Source: Vicugna vicugna (taxonomy: Eukaryota). From it: a DNA stretch of 64,000 nt. The notes under the pieces were generated by a model. It ran no database searches. It had not been told where the DNA came from and was given only the letters and a program-made list of their open reading frames with translations. The DNA lies in NCBI GenBank assembly GCA_013265495.1, contig MU057701.1:992001-1056000 (forward strand). The letters are read 5' to 3'. Position numbers and translations under genes: made by a program. This document shows positions 23,448 through 35,455 of the stretch, piece by piece (the first letter of the stretch is position 1; every line of letters begins with the position of its first letter).

Positions 23448-23953
23448 TGTGCTAATACTCTGGCTTCTGTAACAAATTGCCACAGATTTTGTGGCTTAAA
23501 ACAGCGCCTAGTTATTATCTTACAGTTTGGGAGGTCAGAAGTCTGAAATGGGACACAATGAGTTAAAATCAAGGTATCAACAGAGCTCCATTACTTTCCA
23601 AAGGCCCGAAGGGAAAATCCATTGTCTTGCCTTTTTTAGCTCCTGGAGGTTGTTGTGCATTCCTTGGCTGTGGCCTCTTCATCTTTAAAGCCAGCAACGG
23701 CTGGTCAAGTCTTTCTCACAGCATATCACTCTGACCCTGACTCTCCTGCCTCTCTCTTCCACATTTAAGAACTCTTGTGATTGCGTCGGGACCACATTAT
23801 CTGGGTTAACCTCCTTATTTCAAGGTATCTTATTAGCAAGCTTAATTCTATCTGCTACCTTAATTCTTCTTTGCCGTGTAGAGTAGCATATCCACAGGTT
23901 CTAGAGATAAGGATGTATACTTCTTTAGGGGGACCATTATTCCGCCTACCACA
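23448..23953 (-). mobile_element. MLT1D/E-like solo LTR with TSD
   Basis: CTGTAACAAATTGCCACAGA...GGGGGACCATTATTCCGCCTACCACA; perfect 5-bp TSD CGAAG at 23443-23447 and 23954-23958. Confidence 0.9.
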
Positions 23954-25072
23954 CGAAGGGTATGTCTTCCTTGCATGTATTCATGGGCTAAGGAAAGAAC
24001 CACAGGGCCCTGGACTTGGGTCAGAATTCCACTTGTGCCTGGTCTCCAGGAATTCTTATTCTGACAGTAGACTACAGTGGTGTTTTGGGTCTCTAGCGAC
24101 ATCCTTTTAGGGTCAATATCTATGAACCCCTAGAAAGTCTGAGTATATCTTTTCCTCTAAGTGTCACCCTGGTAAATGGCCCTGGGCCTCTCCGTGGAGC
24201 GTTTAGGGGGAAAGACTCACAGTATATACCTGTGATTGTATTGCAGATCTCATCTCAAAAAGTCTTGGCTAGCTCTCAGCCAGTGGGACCTGAATCTGTG
24301 AAATGGTAGCTCTGGGAATTGCATAAGAGGCCGTGACTTCTTATCATGGCAACTTGAATTAGATATCTACCCACCAGACCTGGAATTTTTCCTCCTTGTA
24401 TGTCAAGTAGCATCTTTCCAGGCTGCTCACCTAGTTAATTCCTGGGAACCCTGTGGTCAATTGGCTGTCGATACAGATCTCCCTGCAACTCAGTGTAGTC
24501 TGGTTACCATTCCTCTTTGTTGTTTATTAAGTAGCAGTGGCACCATGTGGTATCCAACAAGCACCAGCCTGACCTCTACCCTTCTGGAAATTTAAAGCTA
24601 TTCTCATTGAGACCAAAGACTCCAATTTCTTGGTAGCACCCTTGACCTCATCTCCAGCCCACAATGCAGTCACCCCAGAGCTCCTGAAGGATGCTGGTAC
24701 CCCCATCACAATGCATTTCTGTACATCTCTTGGTAAAGGGAACATCCTCCACCTTGAGGTGGAGGAAGGGAGAAAAGGTTGACTGAGAGGTCACATATAA
24801 TTGATTCATTTAAACTTTCCTATTTCTTTGAGTTTTCAGATTCTGTCTTCCACACTCAGCACACCCAGGAACTTTTGGCATTTCAACCTCATTAACTTTG
24901 GGTCACAATTACATTTAGCCTGAATTAGCCATTGTAGGAGATTGTTCATGCCAAACTCCAATGCCTGAACTCGGGTACATCCATGTCAGTGGATTCAGCC
25001 CAATTAAACGTTTGTTTACTCTCCTTGGGCTATTATGCTTAGAATCCATTCCTGTACATATATGCTCCTGAG

Positions 25073-25232
25073 CAGGGAGGGTATAGCTCAAGCAGTAGAG
25101 CGCATGCTTAGCATGTAGGAGGTCCTGGGTTCAATTCCCAGGACTTCCTCTAAAAATAAATGAACAAATAAACCTAACTACCTCCCCCACCCCCCAACAA
25201 ATAAACCAAAAAACTCAACACTTGAAGAACCA
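25073..25232 (+). mobile_element. tRNA-derived camelid-type SINE (Vic-1-like), long form
   Basis: GGGAGGGTATAGCTCAAGCAGTAGAGCGCATGCTTAGCATG...GGGTTCAATTCCCAG; TSD TACATAT(A/G)TGCTCCT(G/A)AG at 25055-25072 and 25233-25250. Confidence 0.92.
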
Positions 25233-25699
25233 TACATATGTGCTCCTAAGACTCTTCCTTTGAATTGGCAAGGTCCTGCAACTCTTAGTTGATCATTTTG
25301 TTTTCTATTCCCTAATAATTTCACTTGACAAATATATTGTTTAGGATTTTTAAATCTTTGTTCTTATTTTCTAGCCAACTGAAAGACGGATTTCCCCACT
25401 TGCAGTTAGTTTCGGGGGATGTGTCCATGTACCGGTGGTTCTTCTTTGTGTGAGAGTCAATGGAGTTTGTCCTAATGTTCTTGTCCTTAATGTCCGTTCC
25501 CCTGCCCCACACACAATATCATCAGAATATTTTCCTATTCTTTTCCAGACCTCTAGGCCACCTAGCTATAGACTTACCGGTCAATGGAACCCAACTTTTG
25601 CACATCAAGATACACATAGAGAGTGGCACTTTTGTGTGGTCTACTGGCATAATCAATCAGGCTGCTTGTGGCTGGAGACGCTCACCATGGTAGCATCCC

Positions 25700-26074
25700 C
25701 TGATTGCCTGAAGGGCCAAGGGGATCACCCTCTCAGGTTCACCTATAATCCATTTGCCTCTGGATGTGATTATTGTGACTACGTTCTACTCTGTAAAATG
25801 CGAGGAGAAATAATGTGTTCAACTCCCAAGCTGTGCCCTGAAAGGGAAGCTGTGCCTCTCTGTCCCTTTTACCCCCTTCCAATGGCTGGAATGTGAATGT
25901 GGTGGGTTGAGCCATCTTGAACCATGTCCCTGGGTTGGAGGAGCCACAAGACAGAAAGAACCTTAATCCCCGACAGCTAAGGATGGCTAACAGAGGGAGA
26001 AACTTAGCTTCTTTCAACCACTGTTACTTTGGTTTTCTGTTGTAGCAGCCAAATCCATTTCCTATTTAAGATAC
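25700..26074 (+). mobile_element. Old MLT1 (I/J-like) LTR
   Basis: GGCTGGAATGTGAATGTGGTGG...GCCATCTTGAACCATG...CACAAGACAGAAAGAACC...CCACTGTTACTTTGGTTTTCTGTTGTAGCAGCCAAA. Confidence 0.65.
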
Positions 26075-26089
26075 TGTGCACTGTATGTT

Positions 26090-26220
26090 TTTTTTTTTGG
26101 AGGGGGGAGATAATTAGATTTATTTACTTGATGGAGTTACTGGGGATTGAACCCAGGACCTTGTGCAGGCTAAACATGTGTTCTACCACCAAGCTATATC
26201 CTCTGCCCACCTCCCTCCCA
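26090..26220 (-). mobile_element. tRNA-derived camelid-type SINE
   Basis: TACTGGGGATTGAACCCAGGACCTTGTGCAGGCTAAACATGTGTTCTACCACCAAGCTATATCC; degenerate TSD GTGCA(C/G)TGTAT(G/A)TT at 26076-26089 and 26221-26234. Confidence 0.88.
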
Positions 26221-26354
26221 GTGCAGTGTATATTGAGTTAACTGTATGATTTAAATTTTTCTTTTACATGATGATTATTTCAAAAATTACAAGCAACAAG
26301 AAGCAGCCATGGGTCAAGGGTGGATCCAAAGTAGGCGGCTCCAAAACAATTACT

Positions 26355-26505
26355 GGTAAAGTGTAAAGTTGTATTAAAAGCTTGGATATTGGAGTCAGAC
26401 AGCCCTGGGTTCAAATTCTGATTCAGCTAATCCCTGCCTGTGTTCCTAGGGTGAAGAATTTAACTTCATGGGTCTTGGTCTTCTTATTTGTAAAATGCTG
26501 TGATA
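26355..26505 (+). mobile_element. MIR
   Basis: TTGGAGTCAGACAGCCCTGGGTTCAAATTCTG...TCTTCTTATTTGTAAAATG. Confidence 0.7.
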
Positions 26506-26634
26506 ATGAAATCTTCCAGCAGCATTCAGTAGCCGAGAACAAAGCCTTTGCAAATGAGGGCTGTATGCCACTGCCCTCTGTGCCTAGGAATTTGCCCCCA
26601 TCTCTGCCTTTCTTTCCTGTTCTTACTCTCCTGT

Positions 26635-26733
26635 GCTTTCTTTCTTTGTTTGTTGATGGAGGTGCTGGGGATTGAACCCAGGACCTTACGCATGCTAAGC
26701 ATGTGCTCTACCACTGAGCTATACCCTCCCCCC
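26635..26733 (-). mobile_element. tRNA-derived camelid-type SINE, short form, near consensus
   Basis: GGAGGTGCTGGGGATTGAACCCAGGACCTTACGCATGCTAAGCATGTGCTCTACCACTGAGCTATACCCTCCCCC. Confidence 0.92.
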
Positions 26734-28361
26734 ACCTTTCTTTACTTTCACCTTCCAGGTTGCTTCTGCGCTAAGCCAGGCTCCTATGACCAGGTGGCAT
26801 GTTTTACCTATAGTTGTCTTCAGGAGGCCAGCAGGGCTCCCTGGCCAACCTGTTATTTATTCTCCCTCCTTCTGCAAAGATGCTCCTTCAGCCCGTTAAG
26901 AGATTCTCTCTCTTTCTTACTCTCTTCACGGGACCACGGGCTGCAAAGATATCCCCATGGGCACGCGCTACCAAGCCTGACTTTGCGACCTGCCAGGCCA
27001 TCCCCTTGGTGCATCTCTTCCCTTTCTTTTCCTCTTCCTTCCCTCTTTCCCCTGAGGAGGTCCAGGACAGGGAGCTGGTGCCCTGGGCCGCCAAGTCAGT
27101 GGTGAGGCCCTGCTGGAGAGAGCGATGGGCTGGGACTGTCCCGGGCCTTCAATACATCAGGTCTTGAAGGAAGACCATCTACTCACTCTTCATGTTTCTC
27201 TGGGGACTTGTTCCTGGGGTTTGCAGTGCATGTTTGATACGTCCTTGGAGAGTGTATGAGAGAAAAGGAAAAAAAAAGAAAGAAAAACAGAGAGGGAAGG
27301 AAACAGGAACCAAAATGTCACATATCCCATGAGAGAGCTGAGACCCCAGCTTTGAGTCCGTTGTAAGGCGGAGGGGAGCCCGACTTCCTGTGGTGGCCCT
27401 GCTCCGCAGGCATGGGTTCCACCAGGCTCCAAAGGTCCCAGATCATCTCACCCCCTCCCTGAGAACTTGACTTGTTGTGCAGCCACATAAAGGTGACCAG
27501 TGTCTGGTGGCTTGATGGGACTGACTTACAGGGACTTCCTGCCTTTTGATGCATGCCATTCCTGTGAGCTGGGCTGGGCTTCTGAAGAGGAGAGGACCCT
27601 TCAGACTTCCTGAGTGTCTCAACATTCAGACTCTTGGGGTTTGTGGTCTGAGACACTGGCATGAACATTGTGTTCTAGAAAGTGTGCCCTCTGGGTCCTG
27701 TAAAGTTAACAAGCAAAGCTTTGTGCATATGGCCCCCTAACCAAACTGACCCAGAGGGTCTGAAAGGCGCTTGACCTGTGCCTTTAGTGGAAGATGAGTA
27801 AATGGCTGGCTGGATCTGGGAGGACGAGGGGAGCTGCCTGGCTGAAGGGATGGTAACAGCATGATCCTCGGCTGAGCTGGCCTCTGCCCTCCACTTGGGC
27901 ACCTTGGAGCTCCCCAAGTCACTGGAGATTTCTCCAGGGCTCAGCATTGCTTATGCAGGACATACGTTGCTGCATTCTAATCCTCTTCCCCGTTCCAGAT
28001 GAGGAAACTGAGGCTCAGTGAGGTTAAGCCATTTCGTCTGAGGACAACTTGGAGAATCTGGGGAGTGGTTGTGACTGGCTTCAGACACATGACGCCTCTG
28101 CAGAATGGGAAGCTGGCAGCATCCTCAGCTGGCCCCCTTCCTGGTGGCTAGTTCTCCTCTGCCCCAGGCATCCTGCCCCTGTCTCGGCAATTGTGTCCAG
28201 GATGGACTTGGGATGTAAGCAGGCCCAGGTGAATCTCAGAGTGTGCAGTCCGGAAAACTCCAACCTGACCTGAGCAGATCCGTAAAAAGGGGATCTTTAG
28301 CAACTCAGTCAGAATTGGCAGTGTCCCCCACTTCACTTCCTCCCTCCCCCGATTCTGGGAA

Positions 28362-28473
28362 TTGGGTGACTAAGCCTCCTGGTTTTCCTGCAACTGTCCT
28401 GGTTTTAAAACTCCAAGTCCCATGTCCCGGGAAAAACCCTTTCTCAGGCAAACCAGGAGGGCTGTTCCCTCTA
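28362..28473 (+). mobile_element. MER94-like hAT-Blackjack miniature element
   Basis: GGGTGACTAAGCCTCCTGGTTT...ACTGTCCTGGTTTTAAAACT...AAACCAGGAGGGCTGTTCCCTCTA with degenerate terminal inverted repeats. Confidence 0.75.
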
Positions 28474-30447
28474 CCAGGAAGACTCATTGCTTTGCCTCTG
28501 TCTCCAGCTTCTAGAAAGGAAAGAGTAAGACTGGAGTAAAGTGAGGGGAAATTGCAGGAGGGGAAAACTCAAGACAGCCAAGAGGTGACACCCTCCCTGC
28601 CTTTCTGGCTGTCGCACAGAAGAGGAGCCTCAGACAGAAGATGGACCCGTTTCTGCTAAAGGTGACCAAAGGTGGGGGTGGTGAGTTCCTCCCACGGGAA
28701 CGTTTAGCAGAGCATCTAGCAGAATGGACGCCTGCTTTGGAGCCCACTTCCAGGTCATTCCTAAGATGCTCTGTCTCTTCCATCAAGGAAGACCGCTTCC
28801 TTTCTCAGTTTACAGGAAGCATATAGAAGAATGTAGCTGTCTGCAGACAGACATGAAAAGATGCTCATGACCAACTGCTCAAGCCAAAAAAGGAGGTTGC
28901 AGAATGCTTTGCACCCTATGAGCTCTTTTCTGTAAATAAATGCATTAGAAGCAGCCCAGCAGGATGACACCTCCTGCTATCTTTAACCTCTTGTCAAAGA
29001 CAAGATTCAAGATGCTTGCTTAGGTTTTCAGAGAGGAAGAAAAAAAAATGCCGCAGCTTTTATCATAATAATCATAATGCTCATAATAACATTCCAAGCT
29101 CTGAGCTGCTCACTGCCTTTCACCATAAATACAAGGCCCAGAACTTGTCTGGAGATCTCACTGCGGTCATGCCAAGTGTCGAGAGAGATTTCTTGCTTTT
29201 TCAAATGTTCTTCTGGGAACCTGAATTGATGCATCTGCCCATTTCTATGCCAAGCACTGTGTTTGTGGTTCTTTTCTTAAACAGCCAAGCTGTTTTTCAT
29301 CAAAAGTTTCCTGGTACAGGTTTTATGACATTAATGCCCTTCGGCCAAAATGCAGAGTCTAAATTTTCGAGCCCACCAGGGCAGAGCTGCTGTGGAGAGT
29401 CTGCAGGAACTGTTTCTCTCTCTTCTGGCTACAAAATAAGACTTCAGACCATAATCTCCATGGTCCTGAGGCTGGACCACCTCAATAAAGCTGGGAGATT
29501 CCTGTGCTGGGGTGCATGAGCCGGAGGGCCCAGGGCTCAGTCAGGCCAAGCTTGCTTCCTTGCTGGCTCCTGGGGAGGGCACAGAACACAGATTTCCTAG
29601 AAATCCCTGGGAATGGCCTTCTAGACCGTCCAACCTCTCACCTCCATTCAAGGAAGACAAGATTTGGTAAAACAACTTCCTAGGAAGCTGCTTCCTCTGA
29701 CAGTGCCTGCAGAGCCTGAATACAGGCGCTCTCTTCTCTCTCTGCTGCTGAGTTATTCCTCCCCGAGGCAGCAGACAGCACCAAGACCTGTTGCCTCCCC
29801 AAGAGCTCATTTCCTCACTCACATCATCCCCGGGAAAACGCTGGCACAGAAGCAGGCTAATCTCACGGCCCACCCGAGCTGGCTGTGGGCTTGGCCTGAG
29901 CATCCTCTCCCCTCCTGCACTCAGTCACCCAAGCTGGGAAGCCCAAAGAAGGAAACACCTGTTCGCCCTGTCTTAGGGATGGGCTGCACATTCCCCAAGA
30001 TACAGGGTGAGTCACCGCGGGACCATGGAGCGGAATTTACTCATCCCCCAGGAATGGACCCTTGGAAGGCTCCAGAATGACTAGCCTCAAGTGTTCTGTC
30101 TCAGGCACAGGGCATTTTCCCCCCCAAACCATGTCTGCAGTCACTTCCTCTCTGGACACATCCTGTTTCTGAGAGCAGGCGACTTGCCAGGCAGATCGCA
30201 GCCTCTGCTGCTGGGAGCAGACGGGCGGAGACATCCTTCCTCTGATTTCTAGTACCTAATCCCATCTTCCTTCCCAGTCAGAGATATCGATCAGCATCTC
30301 CGCTTTTCCCAGGTCCCTGCATGCCAAGAAGAGAGAGTCTAGAAGCAATGTTTCTATCGGCAACTCCAACTTACTAGAAGTGCTTAGAAACCACCAGCTT
30401 CTCAGGCACAGGTAATTAGGGAAGGGTCTAGGGCAAGGATCCTTTCC

Positions 30448-31500
30448 ATCCATTCATTCGTTCATACAATAAATGTTTATTGGGTACCTACTATGTGCCA
30501 AGCCCTCTTCTAGATGTCTGGCTATGGAGGTAAACAAAACATAAAAATCAATGCCCTCAGAGCAATTACATACGATCTGCTGGCAGGGGCAGGTGATAAA
30601 CAAGATAAAACATAAAAATTTATGGCATGTAAGAGTGGTAAATGCTAAGCAGAGAAAACAAAGCTGGGAAAGCAAATATGAAGTGTAGAGTATGGAGGGA
30701 GGCATGAAATGTTAAACAGGTGGCTGGTGAAGTCTCTGCAGGAAAAGGAAATTGTGAGGAAAGACCTGAAGGAGGCAAGGGAGTGAGCAATGGTGGCAAG
30801 AGCATTCTCGGCAGCGGGTGCAACACGTGCAAAGGCCCTGAGGTGGAAGTGTGCCTGGACTGTTTGGTGAACAAGGGAAAAGCCAGTGTGGCTGCAATGG
30901 AGTGAGGAGGGGAGAGGCACACGAGTTAAAGTCACAGAGGTAGTAAGGACTTCGGTTTTCACCCTGTGGCAGAGGAAGCCACATGAGAGTTTTAATAGAG
31001 GAGTAACAGGATCTAATTTATGTTTCAACAGGGTCTCTTGGGAACCTACACAGACAGTAGCCTGAAGAGGATGAGGGCAGGACGTGAAAGCCAGGAGGCC
31101 ACTTCAATGGGAGAGATAATGCAGTAGTCTACGGGAGAGATAATGGTGGCCTAGAGAGCTAGTGGCAGGGTAGGTATGGTCAGCAGTGGTTCCAGAATAT
31201 TCTGAAGATAGAGCTCACCGGATTTACTGATAAGATATGGGGTGTGAAAAAATACAAGGAGACAAAGATGACACCAGTGATTTTGGCCCAAGGAAATTGA
31301 AGAATGGAGCTGCTGTTGAGTAAGATGAGGACCCCTTGTAAAAGGAGCTGGTCCAGGGCAGAATATCAAGAGCTTGGTTTCAGCCATAGAAACTTTGAGA
31401 TGCCCATTAGACATCCATGTGGAGGTGTCATGTAGGCTGTGGAGACATGGGTCTGTGGTTCAGAGCAGACGTCCTGGCTAGACATAGATAATTTGGAGTC
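30448..31500 (-). mobile_element. L2 (L2a-like), ~1 kb 3' portion
   Basis: CATTCATTCGTTCATACAATAAATGTTTATTGGGTACCTACTATGTGCCA...TGCAAAGGCCCTGAGGTGG...TTTGAGATGCCCATTAGACATCCATGTGGAG. Confidence 0.9.
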
Positions 31501-31749
31501 ATGATTTTAATGCTGGCACTTGTTCACTTGAGTTTTATTTCATATGGTGAACATTTGAAAAATGTAATCCTTAAAAACCTTCTAGTATGTGATCCTTTAA
31601 AGATGTAGGTCAGATTATGTGATTTCTCGACTTTAGACCTTCAAATGTTTTCCTTTTTCAGTCAGATTAAAAAGCAAACTCTGATATGTATAGCTGAATC
31701 GCTTTGCTGTACATCCAAAACTAGCACTGTAAATTATTTTTGTAAAAAA

Positions 31750-32340
31750 AAAATCTGAAGACAGTTCAGTAGTGTCTATCAAAGCAAAAGCTACACCCCC
31801 CAACCCCATCTCTAATTTCTACTCAGCTGAAATGCATCCTCATGTGTTCCAAAAGACACAAATGAGAACACTCATAGCTATATTATTCTAAATAGCCCTC
31901 AATTTGGAAGCCGTCCAAATGTCGATCAACGGTAGAACAGAGAGATAAACTGTAGCATATTCATACAGTGTAATACCACACAGTAATGAAAAAAGGAACC
32001 ATGACCATATATGGCAAGATGGACACATCTCACAAACATAACTTTGAGTAACGTCAGACACCAAAGGGTAAAACTGCATGGTTCCGTTTGCATGAAATTC
32101 AAAAACAGGCAAAACTAATCTCCCCTCACAGACATTGAAGTCGTGGTTATCCTCACGGGGGATGATGACAAAGGAGGCAGGAGAGAGGCTTCAGGGTTGC
32201 TGGGGATGATGTTCAGTAGCGCGGTTGGGATGGTGGTTAAAATGGGTGGGTCCAGTTGGTGAAAATTCATTGAGTTGTACGTTTATGATTTGTGTACTTT
32301 CCTCTACCTGTCTTGTATTTCCATAGAAAGCTTACACAAA
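31750..32340 (+). mobile_element. Ancient L1 (L1ME-like) 3' end
   Basis: CATCTCACAAACATAACTTTGAG...TGAAATTCAAAAACAGGCAAAACTAATC...GTGAAAATTCATTGAGTTGTAC. Confidence 0.75.
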
Positions 32341-32344
32341 GCTC

Positions 32345-32812
32345 TTATCTGAAAGGCCCTCCATGATAACGCCACTCCCTCTCCCTAACGCCCCTTTCTG
32401 ACTGCACCCCAGCTTTGCTCATCCACCCTTGCCCTGTTCTCCAGCACACACTGTTGTTTGTTCCTCCCTTGAGGATTTTGCTCTTCAGCTCCATCTGCCT
32501 CCAGATAGCCACACAGTCCACTCCCTCACCTAATTCCAGTCTCTCCATGAACTCTCCCCCGGCAAACATATGTGAAATGACCTCCTCCACCACATTGTCG
32601 CCTTACGTTCTCTATCTTTCCTAAGCATTTTTCACTGCTTTACTAAACTATTATGGGTTTATTTGTTCATTCTTTGTTTATTGACTGTCTGTCTTGCTAG
32701 AATCTAGAGTGAGAATAGATATTTTGTTTTCATTCACTGCTGTAATTTCAGTTCCTAAATTGGGGCCTGGCACTTAGTAGGTGCTCAGTAAATATTTGCC
32801 TGATGACTGAAT
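32345..32812 (+). mobile_element. L2 3' end
   Basis: TTCATTCACTGCTGTAATTTCAGTTCCTA...GCCTGGCACTTAGTAGGTGCTCAGTAAATATTTG...TGAATG. Confidence 0.75.
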
Positions 32813-33174
32813 GCACTATAGAATGAATGCACTATACAGTGCAAATAAGACAGGCATGGCTCCTGCTCTCATGGGGAAAAGAATGCTTAGGTTTTTAGAA
32901 GGAGTATAAATAGTCTAGCTAGCTCTGAGGTAGGAGTCGTGTTTCTTTGTATTTTCACAGGATCCAGTACAGGGACTGACTTACAGAGTGGGTTTTTGAT
33001 GTGTGGTTATTGTGGACTTCAAAACTGCATTTCTGGGCTTAGAAATCCATTCCCTTGAAGAAAGAATGAAGACAATTGATTGAATAGGTAAATGAGTATT
33101 TCTAGTCCCATTTGGTTTCCTCCAAGCCGTAGAGAGACTGGATTCTAGCCCACCAGCAAGTTCTTGAAATCAAT

Positions 33175-33175
33175 T

Positions 33176-33210
<35 letters not shown>
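33175..33210. repeat. (TG)n microsatellite
   Basis: Dinucleotide run seen directly. Confidence 0.95.
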
Positions 33211-34599
33211 AGTAGATGTAACTGTCAACACCATCAGTTTATTGGTGATCACTAAATTGTACCACATTTCTACATCTTGACAAGATCATTGTAATCTCAG
33301 CAGCAGTTCTAGGGTATCAGAGCTCCCTGTGTGTGGAGACTGGATTTGTCTTGATAAGTAGGAGCAAGGCAGGGCAGCAGGGGACTCTAAAGAAGAGCTT
33401 AAGACAAGGCTCCATGTCTGGGGAGGAAGAGGGGCACTGGTTAGGGGACCAAGGAGGACAGGTCACTAACCTACAGGAAGTAGCTGCCCAAGAATGTGCC
33501 TGGGCTGATGTCCTGGCTGGGAGTCTCACATCCATTTCTATCTTGAAGCTGGACATCCTGCCCTGTTCTAGTGATGTGAACGTTTGGCCTCAGCCTGCCT
33601 TAGGCTGCACCTGCACTCCACAGCTCTAAACCCAGAGTGCTGTCCTCCTGGGTACGTGAGAGGGTCACAGGATTTAAAGGGTTACACGACTGGTCCGACC
33701 CCCCTCCTGCCTGTCGGGTCTTTTATCCCACCAGCTCACATACCTTCTCACATAGTAATTAACCTCCCCGCAGCCCCAAGTGGAAGCTAGAGATGTTAAA
33801 CACAGCGTTCCTTGTTCAGTTGGGAGAAAAGAGGCAGGAGTGCTTCTGAGTGTCTTGGCTGGAGGGCACACACAGTGAGTCAGCGATGTCTCCCAGGAGG
33901 GGAGTCTGGAGTCCTGTCCACAAGTGACATGTTTTACTTTAATCACCACCCCACCCAGCGCCTTCTGGTTGCTTCCTTCACAGCTCTGTGGTGTCTGTTA
34001 CCACTTCTCCATCAGCTTGCCCTCCCCCAAAAACGTGTTGGAATTTTTCAACTATGAGATCTTTTTTTTTTCCCTCCCCCTTTATCTGGTAATCTTTTTA
34101 CTTCTTTACTATCATCGTGGCGAGGTCTCCTGAGGCAGGCGAGAAAGACCTCTATGAACAGTCTGCCATTATTAAAAAGTAAATTTGAAAATTATATTGA
34201 CATCATCATCGCTTCCAGAAAATTCAGGGGGAAAAATGTGGGGGGATCTCTCTCTCGTCTCTTCTCCCAACAAAACCACTATTATCTTCCTGGTGTATTG
34301 CTCATGTGATTTTTTGCTAGGCATGTTTTCAGAATGTGGTCATGTTCTCGGTTTGCATGAAGTTTATATCCTTTTTTCACTTGACATTTGCATTAGAAGC
34401 ATTTCTCCTTCGTTTTTGACATAATCTTTTAAATCGTTGCTTGAAAGGGATTTCATCAGGGAGATTGACAAGAAAACACTTTAAGCAGAATCCTCTTGTT
34501 GGTATCTTACCAAATATTTAAGGTGTTTCTGGCATTAATTCATAAGGGGTGTCTATACTCAGTATTATTTTTAAACTAGAAGAAGCTATCACTTGAATA

Positions 34600-35280
34600 T
34601 TGCCAATGAAATTTGATATACCATAAGGGTATATAAACTCATGGGAAAATGTAGATAATTTAAAAAATAGTGTTAGGGACAACTGAATAGCCATCTGGGA
34701 GAAAAAAATCTCAGATCCATATCTTAAAAAATTTCTTTTTGTTTCTTTGAAGGGAGGTAATTAGGTTTACTTATTTATTATTTATTGTTATTTTTTATTT
34801 AACAGAAGTACTGGGGCTCAAACCCATGACCTCGTGCATGCTAAGCATACACTGTACCACTGAGCTACACCCTCCTCTCTTCAGATCCATATCTTGAACT
34901 AGGATAAATTTATTTGTTCAAAAAAGGAAACAAAGAAACTATAAAAATACTTGAAAAATCCATTGGAGAATTTTTTTATTATTTCATAAATGGAACTCTT
35001 GTCCAAGTATGAAACAAAGCCCAGCATCCATAAAATTAAAAAATGAATAAATCTGATTATGTAAAAATCTAATTTCCTTACAGCAGAAATCACTATACAA
35101 GCTCTCAAAAGACAAATGACAAACTGGGAAATACATTTTCAACTCTGAATACAGAAAGGACTCATTTCTCTAATAAGAGTTCCTACAAAATGGTAAGGAA
35201 ACAAGCCAATACCCTAGTGGAGAAATGCTCAAAGACTATGTGCAGATAATTCACAGAAAAAGGAGACAAAAAACAAGTAA
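34600..35280 (+). mobile_element. Old L1 ORF2 3'-region fragment
   Basis: GGGACAACTGAATAGCCATCTGG...AAAAGACAAATGACAAACTGGGA...ATAATTCACAGAAAAAGGA. Confidence 0.7.
34726..34880 (-). mobile_element. tRNA-derived camelid-type SINE, long form
   Basis: GACCTCGTGCATGCTAAGCATACACTGTACCACTGAGCTACACCCTCC; perfect 15-bp TSD TCAGATCCATATCTT at 34711-34725 and 34881-34895. Confidence 0.93.
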
Positions 35281-35455
35281 CAGTCTTTATTTTTCAGATT
35301 GAGAGGGACTGAAAATGCAGTTTAGCTTAGTGGTTAAGGTCCTTAACCCTGGCTTAGAAAACCTTGGTTTGAATCCCCATCCCACCGAGTTAGGGAAGAG
35401 TGATAACTGTTTGATTCACTGATTTCTCAGGAGCAGTGATGCCCTTTGGTGATGC

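Larger units (their letters stand above)
20130..25400 (-). mobile_element. Decayed ERV-L internal region (gag-RT-RNaseH-IN-dUTPase remnants)
   Basis: Minus-strand peptide remnants in ERV-L order: gag-like YVQEWIL (~25040-25060); RT-like FFPMPISKENQKQ (~23045-23085); RNaseH-like SGEEKSSHWADL...WPMIRIRTDSW (21583-21873); IN-like SQYGIIPG (21180-21419); dUTPase-like LPGHAGIFTLLNQQAEKELPVLTGVIDPDFKG (20528-20761). Many stops and frameshifts. Confidence 0.85.

Noticed and set aside
25700..26074. Possible 5' LTR of the ERV-L provirus
   Set aside because: It does not resemble the 19127-20128 LTR; it looks like an MLT1 element in the opposite orientation.
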